Below, piece by piece: positions 43,013 through 56,158 of a DNA stretch of 64,000 nucleotides. Origin of the DNA: Balamuthia mandrillaris (Eukaryota); the NCBI GenBank assembly GCA_031835245.2, contig JAVKOQ020000060.1, forward strand, positions 1 through 64,000. Direction: 5' to 3'. Made by a program: the position numbers and the translations under genes. The notes under the pieces are model-generated. The model did no database searches. It was not told the DNA's origin and saw only the letters and a list, made by a program, of their open reading frames with translations. Positions within the stretch are counted from its first letter, which is position 1; each line of letters starts with the position of its first letter.

Positions 43013-43830
43013 TTTGTTGTTCGTTGTTGATTCACCAAGATTTTGTGTTGGGTTCTTTTGTTTTTTTTAAAGTGACCAGAGAGAGAAATAAAAAGTGGAT
43101 CAGAAGCAAAGCAAAAAAAACAAGAGAGGCAGCGAAAAATGAAAGGAACAGATGAAAAGACACAGATGACTACACAAAAAAAATTTCACATCGCTGAAAA
43201 AAAAATCTTGCGCTGAGCAGTCAAAACACAAAACGTGGCAGAAAGAACAAACCTTTGTTAACTGAAAGTGACCACAGTGCAGCGAAGTTGAAAGTTTGGG
43301 CTCTCTCTTCGTTCACTACTTTCTTTCTTTGTGTGTCTAGAAAATAAATAAAAGGCAGCGACAAAAAAATAAAATAAAATAAAATAAATATCAATTTACG
43401 CAGCGCGCCAAAAAAAAAAAGACCTTAACTGTAGCTTAATTTCTCGCTTGCCGCACTGTCAGCCCCACCCACATACCGCATCGCGATTTGAAGTTGTTCC
43501 GTAAAATCCATCATCGGGGCGGCAAAGGTAATTCATTCATTACTCCCCTTTCATTTTAGCCATCCAATCAAACAAACTCCGATATCACAAACCCTCGAGA
43601 AAGTAATATTAGATCGATCCCTATTCCGATCGTTTTTGTCATAGCTCACATTTTTTGAATTCTGATCTAGATTCGAAAATTCGGTCACCTGAAAAGGAGC
43701 AAACAAGAACAGAGGAAAATCGCCGCGATTTATTTTGAAAACTGAAAAAAAAAAGTAGTGGGGAGACCATCAGCAAGACCAGAGGCAGAGAGAGCGAGAC
43801 AGGGTTAACGGTTTTTACGGAAGAGAGAAA

Positions 43831-46274
43831 ATGTACCATTCCTTGGAAGGCTTTCAACCCGAGCAGTTCAAAGCCTCTGGGCTCACCAAGCCCAAACGAA
43901 CGAAATTGCTCTACGAAACGTTAGATGGTACGGACGATGATATTTTTCCCAACAAACTCTTCTCCGTTTCTGCCTTTTTCTGTTTTTTTAAAAAACCCTT
44001 CTTCAAAAGAACGTTCACACAACCTGCTGGGACCTGCTGCTCCCTACCATAAACTTGGAATCTTTGTGGACATAACCAAAGACCAGGAAACCATCCACAA
44101 ACAATTGAGGTTGGTTTTTTTTTTGGTTTTGATTGCCCTCTGCTACTTTTTTTTTCTGTTGTGTTCGTCACTTACTCACTCTTCTTTGGTTGCGACAAAA
44201 CAAAAAGAGAGATTCTCAAAACGTTGGTGCCTCACTGGCGAAATGTCTCGGATTGTCAGATAGACCTAAAGAGAATGGAAGGAGGACTTACTAATATTCG
44301 TAAGCTATTCTTGTTCTTGTTCTTCTGTTCTTTGTCGTTCGCTTCGCTTTGCTCTTCTCTTCTCATGTTCGTGTTTGCTAATGGACGATACACATAAAAA
44401 AGTCTTCAGAGTGAAAGTTAATATTGGTAAAAAGGTGCAGAAGGTGCTGCTGCGTATCGAGGCCGGCACCGCCTCTGAAATGTTCGACAGGGAAAGCGAA
44501 GTTGTGGTATGAACTAATGATGTTTGTCTTTTAGTTCCTATATGCTTTCGTCTCTATTGTCTTTCGCTTCTCTCGTATCCTCTCTTCTCCTTCTCTATTA
44601 TCCTAATCATATTACTCTTTCTTTCTCTATGCTTTGTATGATTGTGTTCTTTTCCGCTGTTCAGATATTCCAAGCGCTGCATAGCTACAAAATGGGTCCT
44701 CGTTTTTATGGTGCTTTTGAAAATGGTTGTGTTTACGGGTTCGTTGATGGCCGATCGTTGACAGTGATTGGTACGTTCTCTCTCTCTCTTTTTATTCTCG
44801 CTCCTTAGTTTGTTTCCTTTGTCTGATTGTCTGTCGTAATAGATCTATTTGATCCGATGATGCGCGATGCAATTGCTGCCTACATGGCCACAATGCATGC
44901 TGCCGTCTCCATTCCCCAATTATCTAAAACTCCCTCTCTCTTTGCTTCCATGAAAAAATGGGTGGCCCTTCGTACGTTTTTTTTATCCTTTCCTTTTGCC
45001 TCCTCTCTCTATCTGTCCCTCTCTCTCTCTCTCTCTCTCTCTGCTTTTTCTTTTTATTGGTCATTTTGATATCGTTGAGATATGCTTATTCGTTCTTTAC
45101 ACAGTGCCCAACAGCTTCGATCATGTCAAAGACAAAGAACAAGTGCGGAACTACCTCAAGCTAGGCCTAAACCTAGAGGAGGAGATCACCTTCCTGGAGC
45201 AGGAGCTCCTCCGCCTCTCGCCCCTCATTACATTTTGCCACAACGACGTTAATCCTGGTAGATGCCCTTTCTTCGTTCTGCTTTCTGTTATGCTTCTGCT
45301 TCTGCTTCTGCATTATGCACTCTTGTTTTTTTCTTTCTTTCTTTCTATTTTCTATTATTTCCATACTTCTCCTGTTTTAACATCAGCAACCAAAAACAAC
45401 AACAGGAAACATAATCTTCAACGAAGATACAAACAGCATCTTGTTGATAGACAACGAGTACGCCTGCTACAACTACCGGGAGTTTGATCTGGCCAATCAC
45501 TTTTGCGAGCACACTGGTTACCAGCTGCGTTGGGAGCAGTATCCAGACAAACCCCGGCAGCTCCAGTTCCTTCACAAGTACCTCCAAGTCTTTGGCAATA
45601 TCTCTCGAGAGCGAGACCGCCTTCTCCATGAGAAGAGGGAGAAGAAGAAGCAGCAACAAGACATTAGGCTTTCACAGCAAAGGGAAAGTGAACAACAGCA
45701 ACAAATCAAGAGAAGGGAGACTCGCACAGTGATGACAGAGATCGAGGCGGAGATAGAGAGAGAATTGGAGAGCGAGCTGCAGGCGGAGTTGTTGTCGGCA
45801 ATGAACTCGCAGCGACAAGTAGTGCCGGATGAATCCGAAGACCAACAACAGCAACAACTACTTGGCAAGAAAGAGAAACAAGAGGGAGAACAACACGATG
45901 GGCCTCAAGTAGGTGTCGAACCAACCGACATCAATCCTTCCATTCAAGAAGAAGAACAACTCCACAACAAAGAAATAACTTACTCCACAACAAATTCTGC
46001 TCTTCCTCTTCAAAACGGGTGGTTGAATGCACAATCTTCTGCAAAACGGTTCAACAACAATTGCAACGCATCGAATGATGATCATCCCACGCAAGAAGAG
46101 GTGGAGGAACTTTACTTGAAGGTCAACAAGTTCACGTTGGCCAGCAATCTGTTTTGGGGGTGCTGGGGCTTGGCGCAGGCAAAGCTCTGCGAGATTGACT
46201 TTGATTACTTTGGCTATGCGCTCAAGAGGTTGACCCGTTATGTTGAGACGAAAGAGTTATTGCTGGCCATGTAG
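43831..46274 (+). CDS. Choline/ethanolamine kinase with a long polar insertion
   Basis: GGLTN, MGPRFYGAFENG, Brenner motif FCHNDVNPGN, LIDNEYACYNYREFDLANHFCE, FWGCWGL, DFDYFGYA. Confidence 0.93.
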
Positions 46275-46425
46275 CACACCCAGAGAGAAATAAAAGAACA
46301 TTTTTTTGTTGTTGGTTTGGGTGGTTCCGAGGGACAGAGGGTCCGAAAACGAGCAAGAGAGAGGATAGACAAGAAAGAGGGAAAGGAGAACAACAGCTAA
46401 AGAGAAAGCAAAGTAAAGAATGCAG

Positions 46426-46457
<32 letters not shown>

Positions 46458-46484
46458 AAATAACGCCATGAATAGGAGAGGGCT

Positions 46485-46530
<46 letters not shown>

Positions 46531-46671
46531 TTTAGTCAACCTTGTCGTGGAGGATTATTCATCATCACCAAAAAACACAAGTGAAAATCTTAAAAAATAA
46601 CGAACTAATAAAACCTGACTACAGCTGTAGACCACCTCCTTGCTTTTTTTTTTTTGTTTTTTCTCTCCTTC

Positions 46672-47296
<625 letters not shown>

Positions 47297-48202
47297 TCAA
47301 GAAAAAAAATATAATGCAGCGCACGACTTTTCGATCGCAAAGGAATTTGGTTTAGTTTCGATTGACCTGTTTATGACACCACCAACAGTAAGGAGAATTC
47401 GGGGTGAGCTTTCGCGTAGAAAACAAACGAAAAAAAAAAAACACAACAACAAGGGCGGAAAATAATAATAATAATAATAACCAAAAAAAAAAAAAGAACC
47501 AGCGGGAGAAGGGGAACACACGCACCTCGGGTGTTTTTTTTTATTTCCTCTTCTCAACTCTTCTCTCTCTCTCTCTTTTCGCTCCTTCTTCGTTGCCACT
47601 GCAAAAATGGTTGGCGGGAACTTGGTTGCAAAAAAAAAAAAATAATAATAAAAACCAAAAGGGTTTTTTTTGGTTCTCTCTCTTTTGTTTTTTTGTTTGT
47701 GGTCACCATTTAAACGACCCCTCGTTAAAAATTGTAACATTTCACTTAATAAAAAATTCCGGGTCAATCGGAGGGTGCCACGTCAGGACCCGGAATTTTT
47801 TCGGCAATAAAAAGTTCGTCGAAAAATTTGCCAAACAAAAATTTCGGAAAGTTCCGATCGAAGATACGATCACAATCATTCATACCATTGGCTGGTCAGC
47901 AGTGCTGACGTGTCCAAAGAAAAAATCTATTTTCTCTCCAAGCAAAGAGTCTAAAGAAGATCTGAAAGGCAGCCAAGGGAAGACCACTTTTTTTTCTTCC
48001 TGATTTTCTTTCGATTTTTGTGCTGTTGGAAGAGCTGATCTGATTCCAAACAAGAGGGTGTTTGAAAAAAAAAAAAAAAACAAAGGAAAAGAGCAGTAAA
48101 GCCTTTCTCTCTTTTTTTTTTGTTCAAGCCCTACTCTCTCGGTCCTCCACCTTCTCCCCTCCGTTTAGCGCACCCGAAGACCTCGTAGGGGGGGGAGGGG
48201 TT

Positions 48203-49762
48203 ATGCAACAAGGCCATGGCTCCAATGGAGGAGCTGCTACAAATGGAGGCATGGGAGTAGGAGGAGCAGGCAGCCCCTCAGGGGGTGGCGGCGGAAGACG
48301 TCTCCTCCTATTCCTGGAGTTGCGCACAAGGGCGCCCTCTCCCTACGCTGCCTCCTCCCCCTCCCTCCCCTTCTCAGCCCTTTCCTTTGGTCCTTCCAAC
48401 AACAACAGCAACGCTTCTCCTGCCACTCCTTCACAACCGCCTCTCAGACAAGTGGTGGTCCTCATAGACAGCGTTCCCCTCGTGCCTGGCGCCTCCACCT
48501 CGAGCTTCACGGGGGGAGGAGGCCTTGGCATAAGCCTGCTTGGTGGATTAGGAGGCTCCACCACCGCCACCGCGTTTGGCAGCAATCTCATGGCAGAGGC
48601 CCTGGCTTCCTTGGTCTCTTCCGCCACCTCAACCACAGCCTCTGACGACGCCGAGGAGAGCAGCTTCCAAAGGCTCCTCGACCGTCTGCGAGAGCTGCAC
48701 CCACCTGCAGGCCCTCCGCCGGCTTCTCGAGAGGCGTTGGACGGGTTGCCCAGCCTTAGAGTACACGCCCACCTCAAGGAGGAGGCCGTGCGCTGCCCCG
48801 TTTGCTTCGAGGACTTTGTGGTGGGCCGACGCGTCCTAGCCCTCCCCTGCCGACACGTGTTTGACAAGGAGTGCGTGGTGCCGTGGCTGAAGCAGCACAA
48901 TACCTGTCCCGTGTGTCGGTACGAACTGCCGGTGGCGGACCCGCAGGCAGATAGGGAGAGGAAGGCCAGGATGCAGGCGGAGAGGGGGGTGGATGAGGCT
49001 GCATTCTTTGCTAGCAAAGGGAGGAATCTTTTCAAGAAGAAAACGACGAGTGCCTCGGCGAGTGTTGCTGCTTCTTCGTCTACATCTACGATGGTTGTGG
49101 AAGAGAAGGAAAAGAAAGAGAAGACTACGCAGCGTCGGTCGCGACGAATTGCAGCGTCAACAAGAAAGGCGAAAAGAGAAGAAGAGGAGGAAGAGGCAGC
49201 AGAGGAGGAACATGAAGAAGAAAAGCCAAAGAAGAGAAGAGCCTCAAGAAGACAACATAACAAAGACAAGGGCAAAGAGAAAGAAGCTCACTCACCATCT
49301 TCCGTTAACCAAACCATGAATGAGGCTGATGTCAGACACCATCAGAAAAGAAGTAAAGCCGCAAAGACGCTCAAACGTAAACGATCGAGTGTGGAACAAG
49401 CGGAAAACGACGTGTTGCACGACTCTTCTTCAGCACCTACAACGCATGGTGAAGATATCCCCAGTAACAACGATGACAGTTTGGGATTCTTTGGTAGGCT
49501 GAAACGAAAGGCTAGCAAGGCACGTATCGTTGTTTTTGTAATCTTGTGTTGTTCTTTTGCGTATCTCCCTTATTCTCTCTGATCGTTATTTTCTTTCGTT
49601 TGTTGTTCACTCCTACAGGCAATCGCTCATGCCACTGGCAGAGAGAAACAATCCGCTTCATCCTCCTCCTCATCTTCCTCTTCCTCCGCATCATCCTCAG
49701 GCAGCCAGGCTCCCGCCTATAACACGCGCAGCAAAAAGAGTCGTCGTACCAACAACGAGTAA
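48203..49762 (+). CDS. RING-H2 E3 ubiquitin ligase (RNF181/RNF126-like)
   Basis: GPPPASREALDGLP...CPVCFEDF...LPCRHVFDKECVVPWLKQHNTCPVCRYELP. Last exon follows a probable GC-AG intron. Confidence 0.88.
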
Positions 49763-49983
49763 GAAAGAAAAACATCACCACCTACTTCGTACTGTACAGG
49801 CTACCGCATCAACTCTCTCTTGTCACTTTTGTATGAAAAATCTTCTTTGTACTTACTAAAGCGGCACCTATGTCGTTGTACTGTGCAACTTTTAAAAATA
49901 TGTTTCCGAAAGAAGAAAGAGAACTTTTTTTTTGTTGTTTAAATAAATAAAAGAAGAAGAAGAGCAAACCAGACAAAAAACAC

Positions 49984-51581
49984 TCAGTTGGAACTGTTGC
50001 CAGCAGAATGAGAGGCCAAGAAAGAGCGAATGTCAAACGGAGAGTCTTCCTTTTCTTTTGTTATCACGCCCAACTCTGTTATTATTCCATCAATCTGTTT
50101 GAAATGCAAGTCCTCGTTAGAATAACACGAAGAGCGAACAGCAGAGGAACGAGAGGAAGAAAGGAGAGGGATAAGAGAGAAGATAACAAACCAATTGATA
50201 AGGAGTGACATCAAAGGAAGGATTCCAGACGCCAATACCATCGGCGGCAATGGGCACGCCATTCAGGCTGGTCAGCTCATGGCCAGGTCTCTCCTCGATG
50301 TGAATCTCATCGCCGTGCTTGATGTTGAGGTCGATGGTGGTGAAAGGAGCAGCCACGAAGAAGGGCACACCGTGGTATTTGGCGGCGATGGCTAGCTGGT
50401 AAGTACCAATCTTGTTGGCAGTGTCTCCGTTGGCGGCAATCCGATCAGCTCCCACAATGACCGCCTCGATTCCTTTCTTGGCCATCAGAAAAGAGACCAT
50501 GCTGTCTGTGACCTAATAGATGAGTGGTCAGGAGAGAGAGAGAGAGAGAGAGAGAAACAAGGGAGAGAGTGAACAAAAATGAAAACTAACCAAAGTGCTG
50601 GGCATTTTTTCGTAGACGAGCTCGAGAGCAGTGAGCCGAGCGCCTTGGTTGTAAGGCCTTGTTTCGGTGCAATAAGCGTGCTCAAGGCGTCCATTCTCCT
50701 GCAATGCACGAATCACGCCCAACGCAGTACCATAGCCTTTTGTTTTGTGCGTTTCTTTAGACAAAAAAGTACAAAGAGGAGCAAGACAAGAAAAGGAGAG
50801 AGAGAGAGAGAGAGAGAGAGAAGGAAGAGAGGTGGACGGAAAAATACAAGAAAACAAGCGAAGTGAAGAAGAAACATACCAGCTGTGGCCAAAGAACCCG
50901 TATTGCAATGAGTAAGCACCTTCACTCCCTTTCCTTCTTCGTTGCCTTTAGTCGCCCTCAACGCCACAATGTGCTTAGCGCCATGCCTGCCAATCGCCTT
51001 GTTGGTCTCCACATCCGTGGCCAACATCGCCTCCGCCTCCTCCACATACACCTCCAACACTCTCTTTGCCCCTTCCTCCCCTTTCGCTCCCTCCTCGTTG
51101 GCCAGGGCGGCGGCCTTGGCCCTCACCACCGCGCTCAACCTCTTCACCGCCTCCGACAGGTTGACGGCCGTCGGTCGGCTGGTCTCCAAATATTTCAACC
51201 GCTCCTCCAAATAGTCCGCCGCGCCTTCCGCTCCGCCCAAAGAGGTGAGGGTCTTTGCCTCCGTTCCCTCCCCGTGGAGGAGGTGATGGGCTTCGACGGC
51301 CAGGCTGAGAGCGCCGGAGATGGCGATGGCGGGGGCGCCACGCACTTTCATGCTGCGGATGGCTTCCCAACCGTCCTCGGCTCCACTGATGACAACATAT
51401 TCTTGTTGACTTGGCTGTTTGTTTTTTTTTCCAATTTGATGAGAAGAGACGATCAGCAAAAAAAAAAAATACAAACGGAGGGGGGGGGGAGAGAGAGAGA
51501 GGGAGAGAGAGAAAAAGGTACGAGTTTCTTCTGGTCCAAAAGCTCGAGGTGGCCGCGGGAGTATCGAATGCTTTCCAACAT
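49984..51581 (-). CDS. MRI1: Methylthioribose-1-phosphate isomerase, 4 introns
   Basis: [84 protein letters not shown]. Confidence 0.96.
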
Positions 51582-51808
51582 TGTGTTCTCTTCCTGTCTT
51601 TTCTTATTTTCTTTTATTTCTTCTTTTCCCAGTTGTCGACAAATAAGCTACAAAAAGATGATCGCCTGTTTTGATTTATCATTCGGTGATACATTTCCGC
51701 CGACTAATTTCCTATCCCACGTTCGACTCCCGACAGCAACAAATACTTTTTTGTTTTTTCACAGAATCAAAAAAAAAAAAGAAAAAGAAAAAAGAATTAT
51801 TATTTTTG

Positions 51809-52802
51809 ATGGAAGCCTCTACCCCAAACGTAGCGGATGAGTTGCCCTCCTCCTCCTCCTTCTCCACCGCTTCCACCTCCTCTGAGGAGGAAGACCTGCC
51901 GATCGAACAGGTCGTTCAGCTCATTGGACAGCAGCTGGGCCGCAAGGAGGAGGAGATTAGAGCCATCATCCAAAAGATGGGCGACAATTGGATCACCCGT
52001 CTGAGCCACTGGCAAAAGCTCTCTGCCCAGCTGAAAAGGGCCTTGGACTTTCCTCTGCTGCTTGTACATAGTCTTGACAAGTTCATCGAAACCAGAGAAC
52101 AGGCTTCTGACGGTTTGTTTTTCTTTCTTTCTTTGTTTCTTTCTTGTTGTCTCTTTCTTACTTCTTCTTTCTCCTTTCTTTCTTTCTTGTTCTTTCTTAT
52201 TGTTTGTTTGTTTGTTTGTTTGTTTGTTTGTTTGTTTGTTTGTTTGTTTGTTTGTTTGTTTGTTTGTTTGTTTGTTTGTTTGTTTGTTTGTTTGTTTGTT
52301 TGTTTGTTTGTTTGTTTGTTTGTTTGTTTGTTTGTTTGTTTGTTTGTTTGTTTGTTTGTTTGTTTGTTTGTTTGTTTGTTTGTTTGTTTGTTTGTTTGTT
52401 TGTTTGTTTGTTTGTTTGTTTGTTTGTTTGTTTGTTTGTTTGTTTGTTTGTTGTTTGTTTGTTTGTTTGTTTGTTTGTTTGTTTGTTTGTTTGTTTGTTT
52501 GTTTGTTTGTTTGTTTGTTTGTTTGTTTGTTTGTTTGTTTGTTTGTTTGTTTGTTTGTTTGTTTGTTTGTTTGTTTGTTTGTTTGTTTGTTTGTTTGTTT
52601 GTTTGTTTGTTGTTTGTTTGTTTGTTTGTTTGTTTGTTTGTTTGTTTGTTTGTTTGTTTGTTTGTTTGTTTGTTTGTTTGTTTGTTTGTTTGTTTGTTTG
52701 TTTGTTTGTTTGTTTGTTTGTTTGTTTGTTTGTTTGTTTGTTTGTTTGTTTGTTTGTTTGTCATTCTTTCTTGTCGTTTCTTTCTTGTCGTTTCTTGTCG
52801 TT

Positions 52803-52834
<32 letters not shown>

Positions 52835-52874
52835 GTCGTTTCTTTCTTGTCGTTTCTTTCTTTCTTTCTTTCTT

Positions 52875-52927
<53 letters not shown>

Positions 52928-55857
52928 CTTATCGTTTCTTTCTTTCTTTCTTTGTCGTTTCTTTCTTGTCTCTTATCAAAAAAAAAAAAAAAAAAAAAAA
53001 AAACAAAACAAAACAAAACAGAGGCTATAATTTATATAGGAAGAACGAGGGACACCCTTACGCTAACGCACAAAGGCATACTATACGAGTGGTCGATGGA
53101 GGAGCCGCTGTGCACGTTGCTGCAAGAATTTGGACGGGAGGAGGAGCGCTTGGAGAAAGCCCTCACCACGCTGTCCTCCGCTCTCTCCTCCCCCTCTCAC
53201 CAACAGCAGTGCTTGTTGAAAAGAAAAGAAAGAGCAAAAGCGAGAATGGAAGAACAACAGCAGCAACTCAAATCGGACCCTAAGAAAGCAGAAGAAGGAG
53301 CAAAAGAAGAGATGGAAAAGGAAAAGCCTAAGAAGCAAGAAGAAAAGGACAAGAAAAGCAAAGAAGAAGATGATGAAGAGACGAAAGAGAAAGCAAAGAG
53401 GATGAGGCGGAACGTTCAACTGTTGGGCAAAGACGAGGCAGCTGTTCCTGAGAATGAAAGCCTTGAAAACGTACTGCTTCCTGGTCGTTGCTTGCATATT
53501 AACCAGCGACGTTATATACTTGTTCCAAGTTATGAACACAGCGGTGCGCGTTCGCTCTTCTCTTTTATATATCCTGTCATATCTTTGCTCGCTCTGCTTT
53601 ATGTTTTTCGTTTTCTCTCACATGTATCTTGTTTTTTTTTCTTTTGCTGATACGAGAGAAATAATGCATTTCTTCATATGAAACAGCTGTGGATGGTTGG
53701 CTTTCTTCTTTGCAGCTTGAAGCACTGTGTAACACTTTTGCCCGCCACGGCGTGGACGACTTCTTTTCTCTCCCTTTTCTCTCCGACTCTATTCTTTCCC
53801 AAATGGACATTTTAGAGAGCAACCGCCAAGCCATCATGAAAGCCGTAGGCGATTTTCATCAACTAGATCCTGTACAATGTACTTTCTCCTCTTTTCTTCC
53901 TTATTTGTTCTCTCTTTTCGCTTTTCCTTTGTTCTTGACTGTTTTAGAAAAGTTTTGTACGATACTTACACGTCTTTATTATCAGTCGTAGCAAGCTGGA
54001 TAAAACACGTAGGCTTTCCATGCTACGTGGACAATTTCGTCCAAGCCAAAGTTACCCTCATAACGCTTCGCTTGCTGGAAGACAAGGACTACCTCTACAA
54101 CATGAACATAACCGATGAGCATCACATTGATGTGATTTGGCAAGAAATAGAGAAATACAAATGTTTCTCTTCTGTAGAAGGTCAGTTATTGGCTTGCTCG
54201 TTAATATTTTTGCTTTTGTTTGGCTGATTTATGGCGTTTGTTTCCAACACAAACAGAAACGTTTTCGTGGTTGAGAAGGCACGGTTTTGCCAAATATTCA
54301 TTTCACTTTGCCCGCTATAATATTCCGTTCTACGCTCTTCCTTTTGTTAACTTTTTCATCATTGATGAGATGGGTGTAACGCACGACGACCAGATTCTCC
54401 TTTCTGCATTACAGCAACTCAAAAGCTCGCCCGCTTATTGCGTCAAAGGTAAGTGTTCCTGTTTTGTTTCGTTTCTTTGTTTTGCTCCTTTTGTGTATGT
54501 GTTTAACACTTTTCTTTTAAACAACAATACAGCAATAGCATATTGGCTTCGCGATTTGGAAATGGAGGAATACAATGTGGCGTTTGCGAGCAATGGAGTG
54601 TTAGATTTGGAAACGTTGACCACTTTGGGAGAACAGGAAGTCAATCGTTTGGTGGCTTTTGAAGGTGATCGCTCTAAAATGCAAGAAGCTCTGAAAGAAA
54701 TGCAAGAGTTTCAGTATTATTACTCTGCGACAGCTCTTCTGCTTCAAGAGCTTGGCATGGAAAGGTTTTTCTTTTTACTCATCTCTTCTTTGTAGCTTCG
54801 CTTTTTCTTTTTCTAATTGTTTCTTTTTTGCTCTATCTTTCTTTGCTCTGTTTCCTTCCCTTTTCGTTTTGATCTCTTTTTTGGTTTTTTGTTGTTTTTG
54901 ATATAGTTCTTTCTCACGCAGTTAAAAAAAAAAACCAAAACCTATAAACAAAGGTATTCCCGTTTATTTGCGCTGCACGGAATATCCGTCGATGTGTTAC
55001 CTTTTCTTGGCGACTCCCAACTGATAGACATGGGGGTGGAAGAGGAAAGCGACCGTAGCAAGATCCTAAAAGCTGTGCGCAAGATCAAACATAGCCTTCC
55101 GGAGGGATTCTGTGCCGCTGCTTCTGTTACCACTTCTCCTTCGTTGCCATTTCTCACACATACTTGCAGCGGAGAGCACTGCGTTGACTCGTCTTGTTAT
55201 TATTCGTCTGTGCCTGCTTCCTCTCGACGAGTACATTCTTCTTCATCCTTGGCTTCATCTGCATGTGCTACCTCTTCGGCCGCAACTGCAACACCGGGAG
55301 GTTTGCCACCCGTTTCATCATCTGCTCGTGGACCAGTTGCTGGCTATGGCCTATTTGGTATGATTGATAACAGAGACAGCTTTGTTGGAGGTTAGTGTTT
55401 GTGTCCGCTTTTCTCTCCTCTCCTCGTTCTTATCTCTCTTTTTTTTTTTTTTTCAAAGGAGGTGGTTGGCATCCAGATGAACATGTGTTATCGCCCAAGT
55501 TTGCATCGCAAGCTCTTTGGGGTACCGTTTGAAACCACCACCTCTTTCTCTAAAACACAAACCTGACCAAACAAATACAATAATGCGCAACAAATAGAAG
55601 AAGAACAAAAAATGTTGGCAGGACGAAAGAACGCCATTCTTTCCAACCACGGCTTAAACAATGGACGAGGCATGACCAGCCCGCTCCCTCTCCGGAACCA
55701 TCACAGCTTTGGTGGGAGCGGCACCATTTCTGCTTCTTCTTCTTCTTCCTCCTCCTCCTCCTCCTCCGCTTCCGCTTCTTCCGCTTCCTCCTCCTCCCCA
55801 AGAGGCCGTTCGACCTCCTTTTCCTCCTCTCTCCACCACCCTTCCCTCCCCAAATGA
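51809..55857 (+). CDS. Multi-SAM-domain protein
   Basis: Repeated SAM-like units: WLSSLQLEALCNTFARHGVD, WIKHVGFPCYVDNF, WLRRHGFAKYSFHF, WLRDLEMEEYNVAFASNGV, LLQELGMERYSRLFALHGIS...DRSKILKAV. Confidence 0.8.
52201..52760 (+). repeat. (TTTG)n microsatellite of about 560 nt in intron 1 of the SAM gene
   Basis: Almost pure tetranucleotide array with two 1-nt slips near 52450 and 52610, followed by CTTT, CT and poly-A tracts. Confidence 0.98.
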
Positions 55858-56158
55858 TTGTACAAAGATCTGTGCTGAATATGATCTCCATTTTCTGAAT
55901 AAAATATCGAAGCTACCAATCCAAAATCAAAATGGAACCAATATATCGAATTTCGATCGAAAATCAATAATTGTCGACAGCTAGTTTTCACTTATCGACG
56001 AAAGTGAAAGCAATAATAACAATAAAAAACAACGAAACAGAGAGCCTTCTCTTCTTCTGCTTCTTCTTCTTCTTCTGCTTTGGCTTTTTCATTCCCCGCT
56101 TTGGTCACCCTTTTACCTCTCTCTTCTCTCTTTTTTGTTGGATGGAAAAAAAAAACCA

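Noticed and set aside
51916..53283. Long ORFs of CLFV or TNKQ repeats
   Set aside because: Translations of the intronic (TTTG)n array.
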